Notes under the pieces: generated by a model
The model's database searches: none
Seen by the model: only the letters and a program-made list of their open reading frames with translations
Told to the model about the DNA's origin: nothing
Part shown: positions 31,356 to 42,530 of the stretch, piece by piece
Position numbering within the stretch: the stretch's first letter is position 1
How the letters are laid out: every line of letters starts with the position of its first letter
Translations under genes and position numbers: made by a program
From: an uncultured delta proteobacterium
GTDB lineage: Bacteria > Desulfobacterota > Desulfomonilia > UBA1062
Length of the DNA: 64,000 nt
Assembly (NCBI GenBank): GCA_963752595.1
Contig: CAVVYZ010000015.1
Location: 128,001-192,000, forward strand
Direction of reading: 5' to 3'

Positions 31356-32300
31356 TTATCTGACGTCAAAGCCTTCAAAAAGCCTTTTGCATTGCTCAAC
31401 CAAAGGCACTGCCATCCAGTCTTTCATGGAGTCGGTATGGGAGGCCTCGCTGTGTTGTCCCAGTGTCTCAAGCTTGGAGAGCCAGAGGGGATTGTACGGC
31501 AACAGCTCTACCTTTGCGATGCCCAGTCCTTTGAGAAACCGTGCAATGGAAAGCAGGTTTTCATGCGTTGCCGTAATCCCGGGAACTAGTGGAATCCTCG
31601 GCAGGAGTTCTATTCCTGCATCGATGCAAGCCCTGCTGAGATCTGCAAAATTCTTCAGGATTCTGGTATTCGAAACGCCGCAGTAGCGTTTGTGCTCTTC
31701 CGCGCCAAAGAGCTTGATGTCATAGTAAATAATATCAAGGTATGGGGAGAGAGACGTAAGAAACCTCTCATAGTCAAAGAGCCCGCAGGTTTCCAGCAGG
31801 GTGCTGATTCCCATGGCTTTTGCCCTTTGCAGGAATCTGGATGCAAAATCCATATACAGCGTGGGCTCGCCTCCCGAGAGGGTGATCCCTCCACCGGAGG
31901 CCTGGAAGAAGGGAAGGTCTTTTTCAATTTCGAACATGAGTTCATCAAGGCCCCAGAACCTGCCGACCTGTGATAAGGCACCGCCCGGACAGGCATCCGT
32001 ACATTTCATGCACAGGGTACAAGCCTCCCTGTCGATAAAACAGGTATAGTTCCGGTCCAATGCCTTCTCGGTGCAGGCAGCGATACATGACCCACACCCG
32101 ATGCACTTTTCCTTGTCAAAGGAGAGCTCGATCTTAGCCTTCTTGCTCTCGGGATTATGGCACCACAAACAATCAAGGGGACATCCCTTGAAAAATATGA
32201 CGGTTCTGATCCCGGGGCCGTCATCCAGAGAATTGCCTTTTACCTCGAAAAGGAGTCCGTTATCTTGAGATCCCAAGGATTTCTCTTCGACCATCCTCAT
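31356..32300 (-). CDS. Glycyl-radical enzyme activating enzyme (radical SAM with 2x[4Fe-4S] insert)
   Basis: DGPGIRTVIFFKGCPLDCLWCHNPES, CIGCGSC..C and CTLCMKC..C, LSGGEP; start overlaps the GRE stop codon. Confidence 0.95.
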   Translation of the reverse strand: MRMVEEKSLGSQDNGLLFEVKGNSLDDGPGIRTVIFFKGCPLDCLWCHNPESKKAKIELSFDKEKCIGCGSCIAACTEKALDRNYTCFIDREACTLCMKCTDACPGGALSQVGRFWGLDELMFEIEKDLPFFQASGGGITLSGGEPTLYMDFASRFLQRAKAMGISTLLETCGLFDYERFLTSLSPYLDIIYYDIKLFGAEEHKRYCGVSNTRILKNFADLSRACIDAGIELLPRIPLVPGITATHENLLSIARFLKGLGIAKVELLPYNPLWLSKLETLGQHSEASHTDSMKDWMAVPLVEQCKRLFEGFDVR

Positions 32301-35260
32301 ATGCCGAATTCCGCCCTTTCAATCAATTCCATCTGCATGTCCCTGTTCAGAGTCACAAAGTAGGCGTTATATCCGGATATGCGGACGAGCAGATTCTGGT
32401 AGTTTTCCGGATGTTCCATGGCGTCTCTGAGTGTTTTGGAAGAGACGACATTCAGCTGCATCTGCATGCCGCCGAGATCGCTGTATGTTTTCACGTATGA
32501 ATAGATGTTATCCACGGCTTTCTGATGCGTCTCATTCGCGAGGCACGACTTTCACGTTAAAGGCGATATTGTTGTTCATGTTTTTCGGTTCCAGTCTGGC
32601 GACATCGCGGATGTTGTCCAGAATGCTCTTGGAGGCGTGCGGTTCGGGCGTCAGTCCCGGCGTAAAGGCTTTGCCGGCCAGCCTTCCCGAAGGAAGCGCT
32701 CCGGTCAGGGTGCCGAAAGCGACATGATTGGACATGGACCAGAACCCTGCCGTATATTTGCCGCCGCGGTAATTGATATGTTCCCAGAAACAGTCATGGG
32801 CAAGTTTTGTCACGCGGTTGGCTGTTGCCAGAGCTTCCTCGTTGCCGGAGCCGAACAGCGAGGCCTTGTTTTTTATCAAGGCCAGCAGGGCAGGGGTTGT
32901 TTTCAAAATTGGTGTTGACGGCATCCAGCAGTTCGCTAAAAGTTAACTTTCTTCTCTTCAAAGACAAGTTTTTTAATGACCATCAGCGAATCGGTGATAT
33001 CGGCAAGGCCGATACAGGCAGTGCCGGATGAGTTGTAAAGAGCGCCGCCTTTGGTAACGTCCTTGCCCTTTTTCAGCGGGCCTTCGATCAGGGCGGAGAT
33101 AAAAGGAGTCGGGCGGATGGCCTGATGAGCCTCACCCAGAAGATTATTGTATTCACAGGTCTGATCAGCCAGAGAAACGAAGCTGTGTGGCGAAAGCGTT
33201 GAAGAACGATTCGTAATCCTTAAAGTCTCCGGCCTTGATATCGCCGGTTTTCGGCCCCAGATCCCAGCGCATCAAGGGATGCCTGCCGTTGTTGAGAGCC
33301 ATTTCGAGCGCCGCCACCATGTTGAACATCATGCAGTTGGTGTGGCCGATATGGCGGCCGGAAAGGGTCGGCTCCACACAGCCGGTTGCCGACCAGTCCC
33401 GCAGATGCTCCGGCGGGATAATTGAATTCCGCGAGTGATGCCATGACAGCCTCGTCATTGTGGATCGAAGGAGTGGCGGTGGTATTCAAATTGACTTCGC
33501 AAAGCCGTTTCAGATATGTGGCGCTGTTTTTTCCCTATTGTAACGGGCATTGACGTTGGGGTCGCGGATGGAGAGCATTTCCGTGATTTTCAGAAAGATA
33601 TAAGTCATATCATTGACCGCGTCTTCGCCTTCCGGCGTCACGCCGCCCAGGGTGATGGCCTGATCGGAGGAACTGCCGCCGAACAGATAGTTGCCGATGT
33701 CCGGTATCAAAGGCAGATGATCTGTGCAGCGCATGTAAAAACAGCCGATCAGTTCGATGGCGTGCTTTATATATGTTTCCTTCTTCTGCTTTATCACTGA
33801 TTTTTTCCATGTCGGCTGAAAAATAAGGCTGAAGCCACTGATCCAGCCGTCCCAGCGAAAATCCGGCGTTGGTGTTTTCCATGTGCACGCCGACCCAGAT
33901 TATCCACATGGCGTTAACGGCTTCATCGAGCGTCGTGCAGGGATTCTCCGGAACATTCCGGCAGATACCGGCAAGACGCTGAAGCTCTTCTTTGCGAACG
34001 GGATCAGTTTCATTCGACGCCTCAGTCGCAGCCTTTCTAGAAAGGTTTTCCGCGTAAGTGATGAGTCCTTCGAACAGATAATCATTGCTTCAAGGGTATC
34101 TTTCTGTTCAGTCTGATCGGCGTGCCCGTCCCTGGCAAGCTCTTCTCTGATTTCCCGGATAATCCCCTTCGCCCCCAGCCTTAATAGCTTGGGGTAATCG
34201 AGGATAGTGTGGGACAGAGCGAGCAGTCTTCCAGAGAAAATAGACGGCAAAGCGGTCATCAAGGCTCTGGCAGAGCGGCTTACTGTAGAATCTCTCACCC
34301 ATTCCTTGAAGTTCCGCCTTGTCCAGAAGGGAAACACGGTGTGATGGAGGATTTCTCTGGTATCATCGCTGATATCGTAGGGAAAGAGCCGCCGGTAGGG
34401 GGTCGTAAGAGTTCACCCCAGATCATGGTTCCATGGGAATCGGGGTAAAGGACCACACCGATCTCATTTGTCGTGGTGGTTCCTGCGATGAGGTCATTTT
34501 TTCTGATAATGGGCTTCCTGTTCTCCATGAGATGCTTGAATGCATTTGCCTGCCTGAGCTCGGGAACCCATGGCTTGCCGTCCTTCTTTGTTTCGAATCC
34601 ATTGTTCCTGAACCATTGGGTGAGCAGCAACGGGCGTTCATGGCAGATGACAGGCTTTACCGTAAAATGGATGTCGAGGAATCTTTGGAGCCGGGGAAAA
34701 TCCTTCAGGGAGTAGTGAGAAAGATAGGGATCATCCTTGAGGTACAATACGCCGGGATCAATTGTGTCTCCCTTGAGCTGTTTATTTTCGCCCCTTGCCG
34801 GAGACGGGTTCGCTCCTATCCCGGAGCAGGAAACTGCCGGACTTTCCTGTCCCTGGCTTTTCATCATCTCGATCTGCTTGCCTTTTACGAACAGCGAGAT
34901 GAAAAAATTGAAGAGCTGGGCATACACGAGGTTTCCCTTCACGATCAGCTTGTTCTTGAGGATGAGGTTGAGCACCTCGTTCGGAGGCAGTGAGGCCAGG
35001 TCCTTCAATATGGATGTGTCGAGAAATACCATCTCGGTATCGACGTCTGCAGGTATCTTTCCGGAAACATTGACCTTGCCGTCCCGGAATGATATGCACT
35101 GCTCCACATCCCCTTTTTCCGTACGAAGCCCTATCGAGAAATTGAACCGGCCGTCATCCGTGCACAGATATTCTTTGAATTTGGGCAGGTAGTTAAAAGA
35201 AAATGCCATGGCCTGCAGCGCCAAATGCGTCGCAATATTTGCCATATTCCCCTTGAACAT
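32297..35260 (-). CDS. Glycyl-radical enzyme (GCVE eliminase type) with an N-terminal SCP2-like domain; ~990 aa reconstructed across about ten indels
   Basis: Start at ATG 35260 after AGGAGG. Fragments give ICHERP, LIAG, FSLGRLDQ, ITLGG, AVNDMTY, GCVEP (33369-33383), GLAD, ALPSGR, QLNVV, LLVRISGY (32369-32383). Confidence 0.88.
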
Positions 35261-35368
35261 AGACACCTCCTGTTTTCTCCAGGGGCACAATGCCTGAGAA
35301 TGTATCAGGCCTTCATTTTTCCCCCTGGCCTCATGCCACGAGTAAAGAAGCCCTTTTGGACCGAAGGA

Positions 35369-36064
35369 TCACCCTGTATTACTTATCATTTCAGGTGTTA
35401 TCTTCGGCTGAATGCCTTCACATCCGTCTCCTGCGATAACCGGTTTCAGGAGATCACGGGCAACCTGCTCGATGATCTGCTCCGGATTATCGTCTACCTC
35501 GGGGAGGACCCTGCTGTTGTAGAGAGCAATGATTCCATGAAGGGTGCTCCAGAGCTTTATGACGAAGTAGCGTGTTTGATCCGGGGGCATGCATTTTGTC
35601 ATGCTGATCACGTCCTGAAGCGCCCTCGAAGTGATGTCAATGAGTTTCAGCGCAGTCTGTTTCTCGAAGAATGCCACGGGCTCGATCTCTGTGCCGACAT
35701 AGTCCCGGTATTTTGGGGCATCGGAGGTGAACATGATATTGTAGTAGTGGGCCTTGTTTATCCCGAAATCGATGTATGCCCTCACCATATCCTGGAGCTT
35801 GCGGGCCGGGTCGCAGGCAGATTCATAAATACCGGCAAACCGCTGGTAAAGCATATCGAAACCTTTGGTAAGAATCATGAGATAGAGTTCGTCTTTGTTC
35901 GAATAATAGTTGTAAATGGTTGTTGCAGTCATACCCAGGCGGGAGGCGAGCTTTCTCATACTGAAGGAAGTGAATCCGTGCTCTGAGATAAGAGCGAGAG
36001 CTTCATCAAGAATTTTTTCCCTGATAAGTTCTCTGTCTTCTTGACTCCGAGGTATCTTTGGCAT
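35369..36064 (-). CDS. TetR/AcrR family transcriptional regulator
   Basis: ILDEALALISEHGF..FSMRKLASRLGMTATTIYNYYSNKDEL; C-terminal LWSTLHG (WHG-like). Confidence 0.93.
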   Translation of the reverse strand: MPKIPRSQEDRELIREKILDEALALISEHGFTSFSMRKLASRLGMTATTIYNYYSNKDELYLMILTKGFDMLYQRFAGIYESACDPARKLQDMVRAYIDFGINKAHYYNIMFTSDAPKYRDYVGTEIEPVAFFEKQTALKLIDITSRALQDVISMTKCMPPDQTRYFVIKLWSTLHGIIALYNSRVLPEVDDNPEQIIEQVARDLLKPVIAGDGCEGIQPKITPEMISNTG

Positions 36065-36080
36065 ATATATCCTTTAAAGA

Positions 36081-36134
36081 ATAACACTGTTAAGATAACA
36101 TTGTTATATTAACCTCGGCACTTAAGGATGTCAA
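36081..36134 (-). promoter_or_regulatory. tetR-GRE promoter with tandem palindromic operators
   Basis: Minus-strand TTGACA(36134)-N17-TAATAT(36106). Palindromes TAACA-C-TGTTA (36082-36092) and ATAACA-T-TGTTAT (36095-36107). Confidence 0.7.
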
Positions 36135-36308
36135 GGAATGTATTGATACGGATTTTGGGTTATAAAGAGCAGAGCTGTAATGCATGGGAAGATGATATCC
36201 CTTTCACTCCGGAGAAAGGGCTGAATGCACCGAAACCTCTTGGGGAAAAGGCTGGATTGAACGGATCGCAACACACTTGTCCATCTGCAATAAACAAAAG
36301 GAGGGCAC

Positions 36309-38298
36309 ATGAATCGAGGATATATGGGAAAGATCCTGATGGTCGACCTCGCAACAGGATTCCGGGAAGAGACGATCCCCGATGAGGTCTATGAGAAGTA
36401 CCTTTCAGGGCTGGGCCTTGCAGCATACCTCCTGTACGACCGGATACCTGCAGGCGCCGATCCGCTGGGACCGGATAATATACTCGGATTCGTTTCCGGG
36501 CTTCTGACGGGGACCGGCAGCCTCTTTTGCCGGCAGGTGGATGGTGGTGGGAAAGTCTCCGCTCACCGGCGGCTGGGGCGATGCCAATTGCGGCGGCTCC
36601 TTCTCTCCTGCCATCAAGCGTTGCGGCTATGACGGGATATTCTTTACCGGGATCAGCGAAAAGCCGGTCTTTCTTTATATCAAGAATGGTAAGGTCGAGC
36701 TCAGGGATGCTGCATCCCTCTGGGGCAAAGATACCATCGGAGACAGAAGAGATCCTGCAGGAGGAATACGGTGAAGGACGCCCGGGTGGCGGTAATCGGC
36801 CCTGCGGGAGAAAGACTCTCCTTGATCTCGGGGATCATGCAATGACAAGGGAAGGCTTGCAGCCAGATCAGGTCTCGGTGCGGTCATGGGTTCAAAACGG
36901 CTCAAGGCAGTGGTGCTCGACGGAAAGAAACGGATCGGTCTCCATATCGGGATGAAGTGCAGAAACTGAGCAAGACATGCAACAAGTGGGTACAGTTCCA
37001 GCTTCCCCTCGGTCCGGGCATCGGCGTGGGATTCCTGGGCACCCTACTGAGGGTTCTGCCGACTGCCATGGCACATGGACGGCTTGATTTACAAGATGAT
37101 CCTAAGGCAATGGGGCACCGGGGGTTGAACCAGATGTCTCCCGAATGGGGTGATTCTCCCATCAAGAACTGGAAGGGGAGCAATGTCGACTGGCCCATGA
37201 AAAGGTCGAAATCCGCCAGATCCGGACCGCATCAAGAAATATGCGAAGCAGAAGTACCACTGCTACTCCTGTCCTCTCGGGATGCGGAGGGAACTGCTCA
37301 ATACCGGCAAGTACAGCGAGACGCACAAGCCCGAGTACGAGTCGGTCCTCGCCCTGGGCGGGCTTTGCATGAACGAGGATACGGACAGCCTCTTCTATCT
37401 CAACGAAATGCTGAACCGGGCGGGAATGGATACCATCTCGGCAGGCGCCACCGTGGCCTTTGCCATGGAATGCTACGAAAAGGGCATCCTCACAAAGGAA
37501 GATACCGGACGGCATCGATCTGTACCTGGGGCAATGCGAGCGGGATAATCGCACTGATTCACAAGATGATAAACCGGGAAGGGATCGGAGATATCCTTGC
37601 GGACGGCTCCAAGGTGGCATGCAGGAGAAGATCGGCAAGGGAGCAGAAAAATATGCCGTCCACGCAGGCGGCCAGGAACCGGCCATGCATGACGGCAGGC
37701 ATGGACCCGGGCTTTGCCGTACATTATTCGGTGGAACCCACCCCCGGCCGGCATACCATCGGTTCCCAGCTCTATTATGAGATGTTCCAGCTCTGGAAAA
37801 AGGTCAAGGGGTTGCCGAAGAAATGGCCGTTCCAGATCTACCACAAGAACAGCAGGTATACGGCGCATCACAGAGCAGGCCCGTGAAGCTGCTGCGTGCA
37901 GCAAATACATGAACGTGGTGAACGGTGCGGGTATCTGCATGTTCGGTGCCTTCCTCGGTATCACGAGAACCCCCACATTCGACTGGCTCAATGCGGTCAC
38001 AGGCTGGAATAAGACCCCGAAGAGTACATGGAGATCGGCGAGCGGATCCAGACGATGAAGCAGGCATTCAACATCAAGCATGGGATAGAGCCGAAGAGCG
38101 AACAAGCTGAGCGACGTGCACTCGGAAGGGGCCGCTCGCATGCAGGGCGCCAACAAAGGCAGGACGGTTCTCATCGAAAAGATGATGAGCGATTACTGGG
38201 ACCAGTTCGGATGGGACCCTGTCAACCGGCAAACCTACCCCGGAATGTCTGGCACGTCTTGGGATAGAAGCTTGATAGTAAAGCTAAAGGGAGGATGA
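36309..38298 (+). CDS. Aldehyde:ferredoxin oxidoreductase family (W/Mo), reconstructed across multiple indels
   Basis: GYMGKILMVDL, ADPLGPDNIL, KSPLTGGWGDANCGG, GYDG, GAVMGSKRLKA, PEYES, GMDTISAG, REGIGDILADG. The 3' end is approximate. Confidence 0.88.
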
Positions 38299-38732
38299 CG
38301 ATGCCTTTCACGATTACACAGGCATGTAACGGGTGCCAGGCATGTAGGAGGATTTGCCCCGCAGATGCAATCTCAGGTGAAAAGAAAAAACTCATACCAT
38401 CGACGGACACGGTATGCATAGAATGCGGTGCATGCGGCAGGATATGTCCCCAACAGGCCGATCCTGGATGGCTCGGGAAAGGCATGTACGCATGGTCAAA
38501 CGTTCCCAGTGGAAGAACCCGCAGTTCGAGGATGAAGACCTGCATGTCGTGCACCATCTGCATCGATGCCTGCCCGGTGAACTGTCTTGCCCTTACGGAA
38601 GCAAATAAGGCAAGGGACCTGCATGGGTATCCGTACCTGAAGGATGAGAAGGCCTGCATCGGATGCGGATTCTGTGCAGCCGAGTGCCCGGTGGATGCGA
38701 TTAGCCATGAGACCCTTGCCCAAGGAGGCTAA
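38295..38732 (+). CDS. Polyferredoxin with four CxxCxxCxxxCP motifs
   Basis: CNGCQACRRICP, CIECGACGRICP, CMSCTICIDACP, CIGCGFCAAECP; directly follows the AOR gene after a GGGAGG RBS. Confidence 0.88.
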   Translation: MTMPFTITQACNGCQACRRICPADAISGEKKKLIPSTDTVCIECGACGRICPQQADPGWLGKGMYAWSNVPSGRTRSSRMKTCMSCTICIDACPVNCLALTEANKARDLHGYPYLKDEKACIGCGFCAAECPVDAISHETLAQGG

Positions 38733-38819
38733 GCTCCATGAAACCGTGGAAAGAGGCCGCATAACAGTATGCGGGGCATGTCTGATTGAAGTGCCCCGGT
38801 CTTCACCTGGTGCATTTCG

Positions 38820-39603
38820 TCAGAACATGATTGCGGTGAGGAAGTAGTCGGCAATAAGGATGCAGACCGAAGATATGACGACCGAGTATGGTGGTGGAAT
38901 TGCCGACACCTTCGGCACCGCCGCTCGGTGCTGTATCCTTTGTAGCATCCCACCAATGACAGGATGAACCCGAAGAAGGTCGCCTTTGCCAGCCCGTGTG
39001 AAAAGATCCGAGATAGTATGACATAATCGACGATCCGGGCCATGAAGATTCCCTCATCGATGTGCGAGGAGCTCGACCCCCACCAGATAGGACCCGAAAA
39101 CGCCGAATGCTGTCGAAGAGAGGGTGAGCATGGGCATCATGACGATCGTGGCAATGATCCGGGGAATGACGAGGTACTGAAAGGGGTTGACCCCCATGAC
39201 GGTCAAGGGCGTCAACCTGTTCGGTTACCCGCATGGTGCCGATCTCGGCGGTCATGGCAGATCCGGCCCGGGCAGTTACCATGAGGGATGCGAGCACCGG
39301 GCCCAGTTCTCTGAACAGCCCGAGCGTAGTGGTGGACCCGACCAGGGATTCCGCCCCGAAGAGGCTGAACCCATGATGGGTCTGCAGTGCGCTCACCATC
39401 CCGGTGAACATGCCGGTGAGCAGTACAACTGCTGGTCGGACCGCATCCCGATGAACTCCATCTGCTTGAAGAACTGCTTCAAGAACACGGGAGGCCTGAT
39501 CAGCCAGTAGATCATGTCTGATAGATAGAAGAGTGCAGATGCGCCAACCTGTTCAAGAGAATGAAATGGTCAGCCTGTCCGATGATATGCGAAACATCTT
39601 CAT
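38820..39603 (-). CDS. mlaE: MlaE family ABC transporter permease (frameshifted)
   Basis: FTGMV, RELGPVLASLMVTARAGSAMTAEIGTMRVTEQVDAL, KATFFG, GCYKGY, GAEGVG spread over several frames. Confidence 0.85.
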
Positions 39604-39613
39604 TTGTTCCCAG

Positions 39614-41102
<1,489 letters not shown>

Positions 41103-41105
41103 AGG

Positions 41106-41702
41106 TTAAACCTCCCCGATAGGATGTAAGGCCAGGCCGAAGCCTTTCAGGTCTTGATAGAGATCGGACAGGGGGAGCCCGATCACATTCGTATAGGATC
41201 CTTCGATCCTGTCGACAAAGATGGAACCGATTCCCTGCAATCCGTATGAACCGGCCTTGTCCATTGGCTCTCCCGTGGATACGTACCAGACGACTTCCTC
41301 AGAACTCATATTCCGGAAATAGACATTTGTACGGATTACCCGTGTAGTGCTACTTGTTTCATGAATAACCGTGTACCCGGTATACACCTCATGCATTGCG
41401 CCTTGCAAGAGCATGAGGTGATCACAGGCTTCCTGTTTATCAAGGGGCTTTCCGAGAATCTTTCCTTCGATCACGACCACCGTGTCCGCAGCAATAATGA
41501 GCGCATCAGGATGCTCATGCCGGACAGACCGGGCCTTGTCCTCGCTGAGCCTGGAACAGTACCGGCTTGGTGCTTCCCCGTTTTGTATCGTTTCATCGAC
41601 AAGGGGCACAAGCACCTCGAAATCCAATCCCAACCGGGAAAAGAGTTCTTTTCTCCTCGGAGAAGCCGATGCCAATAATATCTTCATAATGGAGAGACAC
41701 AC
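41106..41702 (-). CDS. maf: Maf family nucleoside triphosphate pyrophosphatase
   Basis: LASASPRRKEL, AADT, ILGKP, DKAGSYGLQG, NVIGLP. Confidence 0.93.
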   Translation of the reverse strand: MCLSIMKILLASASPRRKELFSRLGLDFEVLVPLVDETIQNGEAPSRYCSRLSEDKARSVRHEHPDALIIAADTVVVIEGKILGKPLDKQEACDHLMLLQGAMHEVYTGYTVIHETSSTTRVIRTNVYFRNMSSEEVVWYVSTGEPMDKAGSYGLQGIGSIFVDRIEGSYTNVIGLPLSDLYQDLKGFGLALHPIGEV

Positions 41703-41747
41703 TATGCAAAATAAAAAGATCTGTCAATGCGGGTAGTTTAAAGAGGA

Positions 41748-42116
41748 TCAGGTTCGTTCGCTTTTGAAACGGGGGGTTACCGACTTTCCCTGCCGGTAGC
41801 CTTTCATGGAGGTCTTGTTCTTCCTGATCGTGCCGATGGCATTCGAGATTTCCTGGGTGCCTTTCTTTAATTCTGCAATCAGGTCTGATTGGATGGTCTG
41901 GATTTCCTTGAGCAGGCCTAAACTTGCCTTGTCGAGCTTCAACGGGGCAGGTGCAGAGAGAAGATTGTCAAGCCGCGTCTGGAATGCAACCGATATCTGA
42001 GCGAGCTTACCGAAGTCTTCCAGATTTCCATCGAGCAAAACCTGGACTTGCTTCAGGGTAAGAGCATGCCACTGCCTGATGCTCTTTATGATGTTTTCTT
42101 TATTATCTTCTCCCAT
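41748..42116 (-). CDS. Hypothetical helical protein, FliT/FlgN-like by position
   Basis: Overlaps the end of fliS; ~120 aa helical composition ending in ..GY. Confidence 0.5.
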   Translation of the reverse strand: MGEDNKENIIKSIRQWHALTLKQVQVLLDGNLEDFGKLAQISVAFQTRLDNLLSAPAPLKLDKASLGLLKEIQTIQSDLIAELKKGTQEISNAIGTIRKNKTSMKGYRQGKSVTPRFKSERT

Positions 42117-42463
42117 GATTCCTTCAGTTCCTGGAGGTAGCTTATCACCTCGTCAGCGGCTTCGATATTCTTATTATACTCGGCATCAATAACGCGCCGT
42201 ATCATGTAATTGTACAGGGATTCCAGATTATGAGCGATTTCCCCTGCATCGAAATTGAGGCTGTTCAAGAGCTCCCAGAGAATATTCTGTACCTTGTTGA
42301 GACAATTGACACGTGCCGGCTCATCATTGTCCTGCTGGGCCTTCTGGGCTTTTTTCAAAAAATTGATAGCTCCGTCGTAGCACATAAGGATAAGGCTTCC
42401 CTGATCTGCAGTTTGGATCTGGGTTTTTTTGTAAGCCTCATAGCCTGTTGGATTCATATACAT
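42086..42463 (-). CDS. fliS: Flagellar export chaperone FliS
   Basis: AYKKTQIQTA..LILMCYDGAI, ELLNSL, IAHNLESLYNY, LKESW; start moved to 42463. Confidence 0.93.
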   Translation of the reverse strand: MYMNPTGYEAYKKTQIQTADQGSLILMCYDGAINFLKKAQKAQQDNDEPARVNCLNKVQNILWELLNSLNFDAGEIAHNLESLYNYMIRRVIDAEYNKNIEAADEVISYLQELKESWEKIIKKTS

Positions 42464-42498
42464 TACCGACCCTCCCCCACCAAGAGATGCTAAAAGCA

Positions 42499-42525
42499 TT
42501 ATCGGATTCTGAATTTATTTCTTGA
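42499..42525 (-). promoter_or_regulatory. Putative sigma28 (FliA) promoter of fliS
   Basis: TCAAG-N15-CCGATAA directly upstream of a late flagellar gene. Confidence 0.7.
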
Positions 42526-42530
42526 GAGGA

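Noticed and set aside
32297-35260. Calling the GRE pyruvate formate-lyase or an alkyl/benzylsuccinate synthase
   Set aside because: It has a single-Cys GCVEP loop rather than Cys-Cys, and there are no small-subunit genes.
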